NCBI RefSeq assembly: GCF_006345805.1
Contig: NC_042998.1
Span: 200,260,001 to 200,324,000, forward strand
Direction: 5' to 3'
Length of the DNA stretch: 64,000 bases
Source of the DNA: Octopus sinensis
Taxonomy: Eukaryota
Position numbers and translations under genes: made by a program. The notes under the pieces are model-generated. The model was given only the letters and a program-made list of their open reading frames with translations, was not told the origin of the DNA and did no database searches. Of this stretch, positions 40,470-55,183 are shown piece by piece. The number at the start of each line of letters is the position of its first letter. Within the stretch, counting starts at the first letter, position 1.

Positions 40470-41369
40470 CGAATAAGTATATATATATGCATATACATAT
40501 ACATACATATATGCATATATACATATACATATATACATACATATATGCACATACACACACGTACATATCTCATATCTACACCTATATTTATATATATATA
40601 TATATATATATATACATGTCTGTGTGCATGTGTGCATTTATACGTACACATTTATGGCTGTATATCTGAATATGTATAATCACTAATATATATATATATT
40701 TAATTATTTATATATAAGTATATAGCTTGTATGTACGAATGCGGGTATGCATACGCGTAAGTATACACACACACACAAACACACACATATATAAATTTTT
40801 AGTTTTATATACCTATTTACATGCTAGTCTAAATTTATGTATGCAAATATATCAGTTTTTCTCTATTTTTTTTTTATTAAGTGTAAATTTGTGAGAAGGT
40901 CATGAAAAGAATGTGTCAATCAGAGCTGCGTATCGATATATAGTATATCTTTATTTACGGAGTATATGTTTATACTTCAGTAAATGTGTGTACGAGTGTG
41001 TTTGTAAAATATTCCACTCGGGACAAGCTATAATCGCAATTTAATTTCATTCTCAATAACTTCACGTGTAAAATACTCTTTCCAATTGCCCAACATATTT
41101 AAATGTATTATAGCAGAACTAACTGAAGGAATGTGCAAATTAATCACGATTCCAGAAATCTAATATATATTATTATTCAATTTACATCATTAATATTTTT
41201 TCTGACATATGTTGTTCTAATTGTTGTTATAGTTGGCTTTCCTTTAATCAAACTTTTTAACGCTGCAAATAATGTAACTTTGCCTTTATAGTGTCCTATA
41301 TTGCACTCTACTCTTCTCCCAATTCTCCATCCAGCTTACTGTTTCCAGATCGCGTATATGTATATATAC

Positions 41370-41432
<63 letters not shown>

Positions 41433-41488
41433 AGATACGAGGGAGATTAAAAATGTACGCTCGCATGTTTTTCAATGTATTTACACAA

Positions 41489-41526
<38 letters not shown>

Positions 41527-41964
41527 ACAACAACAACATGAAAGCACACAAAAAAAAACACAACAACGCGAGGACCTGGAACAAATATAGTATTATTGGA
41601 CGTTCAGGAAAGAAGGAATCACTGTTTTAAATAATTATTGCCTCTTCCCTCTCGGATACCAGTTTCTTATATTTATAAACCATCGATATTTCTCAAATTA
41701 CATTATCATAGTCGCATTATCCCTGCTCGGTCAGTTTCAACTGACCTCGGTTCATACACTTGGGAATTCTTCCATTTTCCTTTTAGACGTCTGTTAAAAG
41801 CTCGGCAAAGATATCTGGCATACAACCATAAATCTCACAAGGTAGACTATCGAAATCGGGCGACTTGTCCCTTGTGCAGCCACTCAACATTTCTTCTATT
41901 AAAGTGGCTGTTATTGGCTTTTCACACCCACTGGCTTCTTCCTCCGAGTGTTGTAGCAGACCTT

Positions 41965-43310
41965 CGATGTAGGTACTAAATATATAATTCTCTGTGACCT
42001 ATCACTTTCTCTGAAGTGTTGGGCAGTGTTGCTGAAAGTCTGCATACACTCATTTGGAAGTGCTCAGTACGCGACCATGACCTGACGAATGACCTGTCCT
42101 GACCTGCCAGAGACTGAATTATGACTTCGTTGCCATGTCGCGCCTCCACAACCTGAGCTCATCGAATGGCTTTCCTTCCTCATTTCGTTCGTCCTATCAC
42201 TTTGGTTGTGATGCAACAATTCATTGTCTTTTCTAGTAAAAGCTCAAAGAAGGCGAAGGTTTGATCAGAGAAACGAGTTTTACAGGGAAATTATGTTGTT
42301 CATATCCAATGTGACAACATTATACCAAAAAATAAGGAAGAATGAAATAACTGTTGAAGACTTTTTGGAAACAAGATTTCGACTGATGAGAGGAAGTACG
42401 ATGAAAAAAGCGGATTGGATTAGAGGTACAGAAAGATCCTACCAGCATTTACGAGAACTAGTATGAGAAAACAATGCAGTAGTAGGACTATGGATGACAC
42501 ACGAAATCTCATTAATGGAAATTCCTCATTAAAGAGAGCATGCCAAATATCTGGCATTTATCGCTCCCGTGCGGACATGAAAAGTTAGTTCAACTGTTCT
42601 GTGAAATTAAGAGATGCCCTAAGAAAACAACTGCCTGGTTAGCAAGTGGTATTACTTACCAAGCGGTGTTACCCTCCAAAGAATAATTAAAACGAAGTTA
42701 AAAAGAAACTATCAGTCCACAACATGTTTATCTACGACTTATAAAATCTTAACTTTTTTCTTGCGGGGAAAACAAATAAATATATGGAACAGAACGCTAT
42801 TTCCACACTCAAGAAAACAGGCGCCGTCGAAGTTCATATGGATGCAAAGATCTAAGTAAGCGCAAGGTCCTTGAGTACTGTCACAACAAGCTCAGAACTA
42901 TCAGTTCTTCATTGGTAGCGAAAAGGTTTTCGACAGTTCATGGATCTTCAAAAATTCTCCTGTAATTCCAAACTTTCTGAAGCATAATATATTTTAGTGG
43001 AATACCAATCTCCAATCATTTTACATTAATGAAATAGTAGCTTCAAAAAGCATAAACATCAACAATGATCCTGAGGTTTTGTGGCGTAATCTTCGTTACA
43101 ACATCAAACCATGTGCTAAAGAAGTTCTAGAATTCGTCAAACGGAAGCGTAAAGATTGGTTCGATGGTAATAATTCTCTGATAAAACCTTTCCCAAAATA
43201 CTATGCACAAATGACACAAGGCATAAACCGCAAACATAACTCACCATCCAACAAATCTTTATACATTAAGAAAGCCTCTATTCGAAATCACTCTTATCTG
43301 ATTCATGATC
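41965..43310 (+). mobile_element. Highly decayed RTE-type LINE fragment (boundaries approximate)
   Basis: WRNLRYNIKPCAKEVLEFVKRKRKDWFDGNN (43079-43318) resembles the RTE/BovB endonuclease-RT linker motif RKH.DWFD.N. Confidence 0.5.
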
Positions 43311-43377
43311 GGTTTTGAATTACTATTATTATCCGTATCATCATAATCTATTATTATCATCTATTATTATTATTATT

Positions 43378-43835
43378 GAGTGAGAGAGCAGTTCATGCCA
43401 TCAAAGTGACACTGGGGTAAAATATACGAAGCCCAATCATGACTACCCGTCTGATAAGGGTACACCAGGCACATGCATCACAACCATATGTGCGCGACAT
43501 AGTGATCTGATATGAAAATAAACAGCACATGACCTTGCAGGTGGGGCGCAGTTAGAAATTTCTTCAGGTTGAGTAGCCCATCCCGCTCAAACGGTCCCTG
43601 AATAAGGGTTGTTTAAGGATGTTGAAAGAACCACCCATGTTTCCAGAGGTGAATTATTCAAAACCCCAAAGAATCCCTCTGAACACATGGCTATGATGCT
43701 CCCCCACTACTTCTGCTCATGATCAGAGATGCACATATCGTCAGCCTCTAAGGGACATGCTCAACTGGTTAAGGTCAAATAACTGACAAGCAAATCTTTG
43801 GTATTGAGCAGAATATTTGCTGTAGCCCATCTTTT
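43378..43835 (-). repeat. Second copy of the 17101-17650 repeat
   Basis: Near-identical sequence. Confidence 0.85.
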
Positions 43836-46107
43836 CATTATTATTATTATTATTATATTATTATTATTATTATATTATTATTATTATTGTAATTATTATT
43901 ATTATTATCTTTTTTATTATTGTAGTTGTTGTTGTTGTTCTAGTTGTTGTCGTCGTTGTTGTTTTTGCTGTAGTTGTTCTTGTTGGTGGTGGTGTTTTTG
44001 TTGTTATTAATTCAATTATTATTTTTGTCAAGCACTGTACATCTCTACCCTATATATGTTTATTAGATTCACCACTGGTCATTTAATCAAAAGCCACTTC
44101 AAACCATAAGTATTTAAATGAATTCTAACAGCACTAACAACGAATTATTTTCTGCCATTCTTTTTCTGAATGGCAGAAAATCTGCCTTAAACATGTTAAT
44201 GCCGTTTAATCTGTTGATGGATAATTTTCGTGCAATTACAAATTCTGCGATGAGAGCTGGAACCATTTTCACTTAGTTGAACAGCAGTTTAATTTTATTT
44301 ATTTTTTTATTTTTTTGTTTCAGTTCTGGAACTAAATTCCGTTACTCTCATGCTATCTCAAATTTGTTATATTAAATCGCATGAGCACCTTTGAACCAAA
44401 TGCCTGTTTCTAGTCATATAATGGTGCAATCTGTGAAAATTTGACGGAAGCTGATCTGTCAATCGTTCAAAAATTCTAGGCCTTAAGTGATTGTTGTCTA
44501 ATGAATCAAAACGGTTGTATTTGCAGACAATGTAATTAGTGCAATTATGCAAATGATCATATCAATATAGCTCACCAGTGTTTTCGTAATTCACAACATA
44601 ACTTTACAACAGCCATTGTAATATTGGTTTCAAATTTTGGTACAAGGCGAGCAATTCGGGGGAGCGGAAAATCGATTACATCCCCCGCAGCGTTCAACTT
44701 GAAAGGATAAAAGGCAAGGCCTTCCTCGGCGGATTTTGGACTCAAAACATAAAGACTGACGTAAAACCACTAAACATTTTCTCGTTGCCTTAACAACCAC
44801 TGTAATATCGCTAGCTATATATGTTGGTCATCATGCGGACCTGAAAGCGAAGAGCGTATGGCATAATTGCATATAAAGTTTGATGAATACATACGACGAT
44901 ATGGCCGTAGTATCTATGTTATGATAGTCATTTCAACCCTTGTAATAAATATCATCTTTAAGAAAGTCAATGTGCTCACAAATTTCAAGAATCTTGAAGA
45001 TGATAATAATGAGTTCGGTGGGTATAAAAATATAAAAGGTATCAATTTTTGAGTGTCAAATAGAATAACAGGGGTCATAAACAAAAGATATACCACTTCT
45101 AGAAGCTGGCAATATTCTATAGCAGAAGCTTAACATCTTATTTTTACAACTCGGGTAACACATATGATTACTCAGTTAATATAAGGTTTTTAACCCTGGC
45201 AACTATAGAAAGTGAATAAGGATATAGACATGGCAGGTTAAATCAGTTCAAGGTGGCCGTAGTTTAAAAAAAGGTTGCAAGTGGAATCCTTAATGAGGTA
45301 AATATATCCCTTATTTCTTGGCCGACGAAGCGTACAGACTAAGGGGAGAAACGCTTGGGACACTCAAATATGCTGAAAATACGGATGTGATGTCGACCTG
45401 ATGTTGGCTTCCGCAGGAGAGCTTGCAATACCTCTTTGTGGCTTCTGAAGTTCCTGCGTGTGACAATAAATTTACGGTGTCTATTTCACGTATCCAATCT
45501 CTAGACAAATAAAACAACAATGCATATACTCTTTCATAATTGATACAAAATACTTCAACATTTCCTCCATATTAATAACAGCTCACACAAAGTTATGCTA
45601 CGCACGATCGCTACTGAACAAAATGCTATATGTCATATGGCACATATTCTACACAGCTAACCCATGAAACAATACAGTAATGCCAGAACCAATGTAACAA
45701 ATCGGCAAACAAAGCTGTTTTAATACACAAACAAATGACGTGACAATAATTATTATTTCTATCGAATCACGAAGAATGGGAAAATTTCTTTAAATCGACT
45801 TCAGGACATGATATGATTAGTGGAGATTTTATCGAGTCCAAGATGATTAATGCTGCATTTAACTAACGGGACATACGTGAACACTGCGAGGTGTTCTGTC
45901 CAGCACGCGAATGATTCTAGCATCTTTTGTCTTTAATAACAATGAAGAGCCACGAGTTATCACTGCATGGCACCCCTTTTCTTTACAAATAGATCTTTCT
46001 CATTTCACATTCGATCTTTTTGTTAAACGAAACGAAGTATTGAATGATGTAGTATTATTAGAAAGCCATTCGAAAGAGGTAATCATGGTGATCATAATTA
46101 TAATTAT

Positions 46108-46109
46108 TT

Positions 46110-46194
<85 letters not shown>

Positions 46195-46375
46195 ACTACG
46201 GCTGCTACTACTACTTCTACTACTACTACTACTACTACTTCTACTACTACTGCAACCACCACCAGCACCAGCACCAGCACCACCACTACTACTACTACTA
46301 CTACTGCTGCTACTACTACTTCTACTACTACGAGCAGTAGTAGTAGAAATAGTAGTAGTATTCGTAGTAGTAGTA
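46108..46375. repeat. (CTA/CTG/CCA)n compound microsatellite
   Basis: Directly visible; source of the poly-L/S/V ORFs. Confidence 0.95.
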
Positions 46376-48487
46376 AACACTGTCGTATACAGATGGATAT
46401 TGTAAAGGACCTCTTATAAAATGTGTGAAATGCATTTTGTAGTGGGAAGGTAATGTACATTCAGGCACAATAAATTGTCTCGGCGAATAGTTTAAATGAG
46501 TTATCTACCAATAGTAAGTGGTGTAATTCTTTTTAAAGTGCCGCTCCTAATCACAAGAAGCTAAATAAGTATTGATTAATATATGCTGCGGCACATAAAT
46601 GATTGTTAATTTTGCAAAACATTCGTGAAGAATCACATCACCCTATATGCAGATATTGCCATCAACGAATATACGTTTCGACGAACATTCATGCAAACGA
46701 CAGCAACAGGTTTGGAATCGAAAAACCAACTTTAAAATGGTATCCCTACTAAAGTATCGTTTACTAATAAATACAAAGTCAAAGTTACACCCAGTTTGTT
46801 CAGAACTGGAAAAAGGAACATCCTCTGCAATGACACACAAGTACGGCGTTCAGTCTACAAAAATGACACGTTACCCTTTGTTTTTGCATCTTCACTGAAA
46901 TTTAATTGGGCTGTAACAATGTAGATAATCTTCAATGCATGATGGATGGCATGACACAAAACATATCGAGCAATTCGAGAATAAGTAAAATTAAACACGA
47001 CTTTTTCCATTCTTCTGCTCTGAAGTATTGCTGCCACCAATTTGCAGGTTGTGTTTCCAAAAGAAGAATAATGCAAGATAGAGGCAATATATCCCAATAT
47101 TTTCTCTTTCCAACTGTCATCCTAATGGAAATAAGTTGCTGGCTCTAAACTATCGTCAGAGCTCATTTATTGTATAGATACTTGAAATTGTAGTGACATC
47201 AAGTATAGCTGACATTCTGGGAGCAAAAATCAGCTAAATTCCAGTGGTCATACTTTACAGCCAATAGATGCAGCTTCTAAATCCTTTTGTCAAAATTTCA
47301 CAAGTTATACTTGATGTCTCAAAAAAGATCTCATATACATCAGCGGCAGTAAGTGTTCTAACATGATCCCACAAAACATTGTATTGTTAAGACAGTGGAT
47401 TATTTTCAAAAAAAAAAAAATTAAAACGGAATCCAACATGTGGTCAGTGAAATCTTCTCAAATCTAAAAATGTCATTTTAGGTAACCTATATTTTTGTTG
47501 AGCCAATTTCCCTTCATAAATTACATAAATCACACCCCTAGAGCAGTAAGGCTCAGCAAATAAAGCGCATCTGACGACGTCAGCAAGCTGCAGAAATTTC
47601 GGTGAAGCCGAAATAGAAACTCTTATACTATTTGCCACCTTATACTGCCACGTACACGTGTCACTACCACCCAACATCTAATGAGAAGTAGAAAAGGCAT
47701 ATTTACATGCTCTATATTTTTCAACAGAAAAGAAGCTGTATCAAATTATTCTCAATTTTGTCTTGTGTATTGATAAGCACTATATATTCTTCAGATTCCA
47801 GCCATAAAATTTAAAGGCGAGAAGTTTACTGGAATATAAATTTCATCTATTCTTTCTCTAGTTTACACTGAACATCCAAGCATGTTTCTTAAGTTTCATT
47901 CTGCTATTGCATGTACAGTAAAATAAATACTTTGATCTCCCATGAAATTGCTGTTCTATTCATATCTGTTCAAAAATATCTGTTGTGTCTTCAGTTTGCA
48001 CTGAAGAATCCGAACACACAATAGTAATTTTCAATAATAGCTTTCTCCTTTCATCTACTCCAATTGAAACGAATCTGTAATCTCAGAATTTGCCTTATTC
48101 CCTTTTCATTCAAAACTCTATATTTTTTACTACCCTCCAGCTATTTAAAAGTGGAATTTTGAAATTCAACCAATAATATTCCTGATGCTTTTTCTTTATT
48201 ATTTCATGATAAGAACTTCTGTTCCATTTATAGGCTTCCACTATCTTCCCTCTATATTGTTGTTCATCGCTACCAATGCTTTCTGGTGACCAGAAAAACT
48301 GCCCAGTCAGCAAATTGACTTCGAGTGTATTCATCTCCATATAAGCTAGCTAGTATGGTTGACTTTTATTTTCTTTCGTATGCATTATCGATTTCGCAGA
48401 TATAGCACATGAACTCATTTTATGTCACCCTAATATAGCGCGTTTTGTTTACCCGTCTGCATCACCATGGTGTGTGTGTGTATATGT

Positions 48488-48626
48488 AAGGGGCTAAACA
48501 TAGAGGGGACAAACAAGGACAGACAAAGTGATTAAGTCGATTATATCGACCCCAGTGCGTAACTGGTACTTAATTTATCGACCCTGAAAAGATGAGAGGC
48601 AAAGTCGACCTCGGCGGAATTTGAAG
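48488..48626 (-). mobile_element. SINE family A fragment
   Basis: aggggctaaaca.agaggggacaaacaaggacagac..gtcgacctcggcggaatttgaa. Confidence 0.8.
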
Positions 48627-48677
48627 TGTGTGTATATGTATATGTATTTATATATATATATATAAGTAAGAAAAGAC

Positions 48678-48711
<34 letters not shown>

Positions 48712-50166
48712 ATGTATGTTTCTGTGTGTGTTGTATGTATGTGCTTAGGTAGGCTCATGCACATATGCAAAAATACATGTACATACAGCATAGAAGCAGG
48801 TATGGATACCTATATACATACATATACACATAAAAGACTACCTAGTTTGAAATTTAATTTCTCATAAAACTACTTTATAGGCGAAAATGTTTTTTACTTG
48901 TGTCAGTATTATTACTGTGCACCTGGCGGGGTATCGCCTCGAAATGCTTAGTCGAAAAAATGAACTGAGCTGATTATTGTCTGATAAAACCCGTTACTTA
49001 CTCTGTTGGTATTTATTTGCCAAACCGCTACATTGCAAGCACGTAAAAAAGCGAACACCGAATTTTAAGCGGTGATTCGATAAGTATAAGAACAAAGACA
49101 CGCCCATACACGTACAAATACATACACATAAATGCATACAGACATGCATACATACACGTGTATGTATTAGAGCCAACATTGGTTTCATGTTAGAAAGAAT
49201 ATCTTAACAAATTTTCAAGCCGATCACATGGTGGAATGACGTTCATTTCCATTTCGGATAAAAACAGTCTTGTTGAATTCGTAGAGATGCTCATAAAAGA
49301 AACAATAAATCAAGGGGCGCTAATCTTGGGTGACAACATTTGAGTGATTATCTCCCTTGAAATTTACTTTGGGGCAAAGAGTCATGTTGGGTGGTAGATT
49401 TGTTTGCATTAACTTATATTATTTTCTAGATTTATGTGATGTTCGTAATCTTGTGTGTTGAGGTATTTCGTCATGGGGGACGGGGGGGGGGCTATTTCTT
49501 CAGCGTGCGGAGTTCGTGTGTTATGTATATTGGAATTTCACATTAAGGAAAGGGCCTATCCTACTGGATAGGTGATGGTGATGGTCCCTCTTTGAAGTGT
49601 TTAAGTGTGAAATATTGTTTGTGTATGCAGGGAGAGAATATTTGATCCCTATTATTGAAGATGATGCCTGTTGACAGAATATTTAGATGTTCAGTGGTAC
49701 AGAGCTCATATTTGGTACCCTCTCCTTTGTATTTTCTTACTTAACCAATGGCGTTCTATTTATCTGGTGGTTACTTCTTCCGCCATTTTCAATTTTCATA
49801 TCATTTTGGGTAGAGAACGCCGCGAGCTTTTTCATTTTGTTTTCTCTGAATGACGTCTACCATGAACAAACCTATCAACACCAAATTTATCACTCGACAT
49901 GACTGCTTGCCCAAAAGTCTAATTTAACGGAGATAACCATCGAATGAATGTTATTGAAGAGTAACGCCTATTGATCTATGGCTTTATCAACGATAATCCC
50001 CCACCCCGAATTCAACAATATTTTGTGATTTATCCAAAATGGTGACGAACACCATTTTTCTATGTGATCGGCTATCTATCTATCTGTTTATCTACCTGTC
50101 TGTCTATATACATATATATCTACAAACAGACATACACACACACATATATATGTATGTATATGGAAG

Positions 50167-50204
<38 letters not shown>

Positions 50205-50205
<1 letters not shown>

Positions 50206-50617
50206 TCTCTTTTACTCTCTTTTACTTGTTTCAGTCATTTGACTGCGGCCATGCTGGAGCACCGCCTTCAGTCGAGCAAATCGACCCCAGGACTTATTCT
50301 TTGTAAGCCCAGTACTTATTCTATCGGTCTCTTTTGCCGAACCGCTAAGTGACGGGGACGTAAACACACCAGCATCGGTTGTCAAGCAATGCTAGGGGGA
50401 CAAACACAGACACACAAACATATACACACACACTTATATATATATACATATATACGACAGGCTTCTTTCAGTTTTCGTCTACCAAATCCACTCACAAGGC
50501 ATTGGTCGGCCCGGGGCTATAGCAGAAGACACTTGCCCAAGATGCCACGCAGTGGGACTGAACCCGGAACCATGTGGTTTGTTAGCAAGCTACTTACCAC
50601 ACAGCCACTCCTGCGCC
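50205..50617 (-). mobile_element. Full-length tRNA-derived SINE, family D
   Basis: Reverse complement of 53349-53756, highly similar. Confidence 0.9.
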
Positions 50618-50711
50618 TATATATATATATTATATACAACTATATAATTATATAAGTATAATTACAATAAGAGTTATATTTACATAATTATATATTTGTA
50701 TTTTTTGTTAC

Positions 50712-50734
50712 CTAATAATAATAATAATAATAAT

Positions 50735-50779
<45 letters not shown>

Positions 50780-50841
50780 TGTATAATAATAATAATAATA
50801 ATAATATTAATAATAATAATAATAACAATAATAATAATAAC

Positions 50842-50898
<57 letters not shown>

Positions 50899-50901
50899 TG
50901 T

Positions 50902-50932
<31 letters not shown>

Positions 50933-50973
50933 TAATAATAATAATATTAATAATAATAATAATAATAATAATA

Positions 50974-51020
<47 letters not shown>
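50712..51020. repeat. (AAT)n tract switching to (ATT)n
   Basis: Directly visible. Confidence 0.95.
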
Positions 51021-51403
51021 TATTGATGTATTCGTCGAGATCTGACGAGAACAGTGATTTGTAATTAGTTTAATTTAATTAAATTAATTTTATTTATTTT
51101 ACAATATTATTTACATGTTTAATATCGCTGTTCGGAATGATAGTATGCATGTTTTAAAATCCTTTTCAAATTCTAATATGTTGTCTTTCCTACAAGTTTT
51201 TGACGTTCTATGGTATACTTTTCCATAAATTCTCGTAACACACCATATACATGTAATAATAATGTCATATTCGCAAAAATCTTACGCCAGTAAGCTACAA
51301 AAAAAAAATGAAGAATCTTTGTTAGAAATCAGCCTTTGGAACCCTCCAAAGTAAAGGATGAAATAAAACTCAACCTTTTGACACACACACAAACACACAT
51401 ACA

Positions 51404-51449
<46 letters not shown>

Positions 51450-51484
51450 ACACACACACACACACACACAAACATATATGTATA

Positions 51485-51990
51485 TATCAGGTTGTTTCAC
51501 ATGAAATGTCGTATTTGAAAGGTAGCAATGAAATATTTCAGAAATGTTTGAAAATTGATATATTTTGTTCCTTTATCACATTTATCCAACGTTTCTGTAT
51601 GTCATAAATTCCATCTTCAAAAAAAAATTCATCTCTTGCTGTGATAAACTCTCCAAATGCTTCAATTACCTCTTCTCCTTTTTAAGAATGTTTTATTGCT
51701 TATGAAAAAATCAAAATGCTTAAATAAGTGATGATCAATAGGAGAGATATCAGAGGAATAGGGAGGAGGAATATTGCAAGATCTCATAATTCGGATTTTG
51801 CAACTTTTAAACCATAGCTGGAGAAGTGTGACGACGTGCATTGTCGTGGATAATATTGGGCCATCTCTATTCACTAGTCTGGGTTGCTTATTTTTAAAAT
51901 TCTCATCTGTATGATCAATTTCCTGGTAATGCGATGTTACTATTACCATTTTTCCTTGTTGCAAAATTTAATCATGAATAACTCGCCTTC
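51485..51990 (-). mobile_element. Mariner transposase 3' remnant with one TIR-like end
   Basis: KQPRLVNRDGPIL..PPYSSDISPIDHHLFKHFD.F.SNKTF (mariner YSPDLAP-D region); TATCAGGTTG end at ~51485. Confidence 0.8.
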
Positions 51991-52299
51991 ACAGACCACC
52001 ACACCGTGGCCGCTAAATTTTAGGGTGCAATGGTATGTTTAGATGACTCTCCTGCATCTAATCACTGCCCAGTTCTCCTGCTGTTGGAAAGAATATGCAT
52101 TTCACATCAAAAGTGATGATTTGCTGCAAGAATGTTATTTTTCTACACAAGAGAACAATAATGGGCACACTTCGAGGCGTCTCTTTTATTGAAATAAATA
52201 AATTATTGGATTGATGTTTAACACCCCTTTGAAGGATTTCTTTTCCTCAGTATGTTACTTTGTATATATATATATGGAGATAGGGAGACATATAGGCAG

Positions 52300-52354
<55 letters not shown>

Positions 52355-52399
52355 ATAGGTAGATAGAGACATACATACAAAGTTAGATAGATGGTTAGA

Positions 52400-52560
52400 T
52401 GGCCAGAATGTGACCGTGTGTGTACCGTTGGCGATTTTTTCCTCCGTTTTCTCTTCTTTGGATCTTTTCTTTTCCTACGTTTCTGACGAAGAGCTCCGCT
52501 CGAAACGTAAAACCCTACCTCTTTCCTTCCTTCCTGAGCGTCCAATAATACTATATATTG
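52400..52560 (+). mobile_element. Family B short HHR-bearing element
   Basis: Homologous to 9490-9695. Confidence 0.8.
52479..52513 (+). ncRNA. Minimal type I hammerhead with intact core (family B)
   Basis: GTTT-CTGACGA-A-GAGC(TCC)GCTC-GAAA-CGT-A-AAAC; stem III ACGT is a loopless palindrome. Confidence 0.7.
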
Positions 52561-52603
52561 GTAGATAGATTGATAGACTAACAGACTGACAGACTGATAG
52601 CTT

Positions 52604-52731
<128 letters not shown>

Positions 52732-53348
52732 GATAGATAGATAGATAGATAGATACAGAGATATTAAGAGAGGTAGATCTCTCAGTTATTTGCCGGCGGC
52801 AATCATGTGACCCCGTCTTGAAGGATTTATGGGGAATAAATTTTCATATCTTATTGGAAGAAAACACCTTGTCAAGTGATATTGGGAAACAAACGTAGAA
52901 ACATAGCTTTTATTCTCGTATGCGTTATCGTAAAGCACCGTTTCTATCTTGCCTCATTGAGTTTGGAAGTTCAGGCGTCTCGACAGATGGAGTGAGCTAA
53001 TTCAATTAAGTCGTTTTTTACGAAGTCAATCGTAAATACTTTATGCAAAGCACCGGTCTTCTTTGTGGTACTTTGCCAAAACTAAAGCAACTAAGTTGGC
53101 TAGATATGTGGGATATCTACAGACCAATTGCACACCACATAGAATCGACTGTAAAATCATAGAGAAATCTAAGGCATATGTAATTGGATCAAGACAATGT
53201 AATCACTGCATTTGTACCAGTAGTCTTATAATTCACAATTACATTGGCACCTTAGTGTTATTGTTACTTTTCTTGTTACAGTTTATTTATCAATACTTTA
53301 AACCATTACTGTGAATTGTATATATTTATATGAATTCGTGAATATATA

Positions 53349-53756
53349 GGCGCAAGAGTGGCTGTGTGGTAAGTAGCTTGCTAACCAACCACATGGTTCC
53401 GGGTTCAGTCCCACTGCGTGGCATCTTGGGCAAGTGTCTTCTGCTATAGCCCCGGGCCGACCAATGCCTTGTGAGTGGATTTGGTAGACGGAAACTGAAA
53501 GACGTCTGTCGTATATATGTATGTATGTGTGTGTGTGTTTGTGCTTCTGTGTTTGTCCCCCTAGCATTGCTTGACAACCGATGTTGGTGTGTTTAAGTCC
53601 CCGTCACCTAGCGGTTCGGCAAAATAGACCGATTGAATAAGTACTGGGCTTACAAAGAATAAGTCCCGGGGTCAATTTGCTCGACTAAAAGGCGGTGCTC
53701 CAGCATGGCCGCAGTCAAATGACTGAAACAAGTAAAAGAGTAAAAGAGTAAAGAGT
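53349..53756 (+). mobile_element. Full-length tRNA-derived SINE, family D
   Basis: tRNA-like head ggcgcaagagtggctgtgtggtaag..gggttcagtcccac; (GTAAAAGA)n tail. Confidence 0.9.
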
Positions 53757-53948
53757 AATATAGATTTTTATAGTTTAGGTTTAAACTATTTAGTAGTACA
53801 CTAGCTGGCAGTTGTTTTGCTTTGGCTCTGAAGAAGATAGATTTTGGTTAGTGTTCCTTATGTTATCAGTCGCTCATTTGGTTGTTAAGCGGAACCATGA
53901 CCGCACAAAAACGAATAGCTGAAACAATAGATCCTACGATAAATAGAC

Positions 53949-54262
53949 GCACTCCATCGGTTACGACGAAGTGTGTCCCAGCTGATACGATCAACGGAAC
54001 AGCCTGCTCGTGAAATTAACGTGCAAGTGACTGAGCAATCCACAGACACGCGTACCCCTAACGTAATTCTCAGGGAGATTCAGTGTGACACAGTGTGACA
54101 AGGCTGGCCCTTTTTGAAATACAGGTACAACTCATTTTTGCCAGCTGAGTGGACTGGAGCAACATGAAATACCTTGTCTTGCTCAAGGACACAACGCGTC
54201 GCCGGGAATCGAACTCACGACCTTACAATCGTGAGCCGAATGCCCTAATCTCTAAGCCACGC
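53949..54262 (-). mobile_element. SINE family C
   Basis: Homologous to 34577-34953; tcttgctcaaggacacaac core and tRNA-like right end. Confidence 0.8.
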
Positions 54263-54315
54263 ATATTACATATATATGTGTATAACACAGTATTACATTG
54301 TATACATACATACAT

Positions 54316-54367
<52 letters not shown>

Positions 54368-54555
54368 TATATATATATTTATAAATGAGGGTGAAAAATT
54401 GATATTAATTTAATAATACCATTATTTCTGTGGCTATACTATCGGAGTTATTTTTAGCACTAGAGCTATCCACATAGTGGTAACTCTCTAATAATTTATA
54501 TATTTAGATAGTATATATATATATACATATATGTATATATGTATGTATATAAAAC

Positions 54556-54597
<42 letters not shown>

Positions 54598-54842
54598 GAA
54601 AGTGATATATATATAGAGAGAGGGGCCAGAAGATCAACTAAGAGAAATGAAGTGAGAGAGTGGGTATTTTATGTATTTATTCTATTCATTGCAGCTGATT
54701 CATAACTTCGTCTACTCGGTATGCTTTAGGTTTTACTGCTTACAGTTTTCTTCGTTGAAGGAGAGAATACTTTATTTGGGATACGATCATTTGTTTTCGC
54801 TTTAGGTGTCAATGCAAGTTTTGTGTGTTGCAGCTAGTACAC

Positions 54843-55183
54843 ACATACATCTGAGACCCCCTTCAGTCACGACACAGACCATGGTATTGCACCTAGAAAG
54901 TTACCCACCCAGGCACAAGTCCGGGCAAGGTTGTTTTATGGAAGACCAGCAGTCGCCCATGCATACCGGCCTCCTCTCTACACGCCACCAGTGTTATCCA
55001 AAGGAAAGGCAAAGGGGCCGATACAGCTTGGCACCTATGACGTTGCAACTCATTTCTACAGCTGGAGCAACGGCAAATAAAGTGTCTTGCTCAAGAACAC
55101 AACACGCAGCTCGATCCGGGATTCGAGCTCACAACCTCACGATCGTAAGCTCGACGCTGTAACCACTGAGCCATGCGCCTTCA
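54843..55183 (-). mobile_element. tRNA-derived SINE with the shared aaagtgtcttgctcaag core
   Basis: Right end gggattcgagctcacaacc..aaccactgagccatgcgcc; a related fragment lies at ~9850-10020. Confidence 0.7.

Noticed and set aside
37109-40669. Many 60-236 aa ORFs rich in Y/I/C/V/H/T
   Set aside because: They are translations of (TA)n, (CA)n and the minisatellite; the same applies to similar ORFs throughout the window.
53349-53430. tRNA-like sequence
   Set aside because: It is a SINE head continuing into SINE body and tail, not a tRNA gene.
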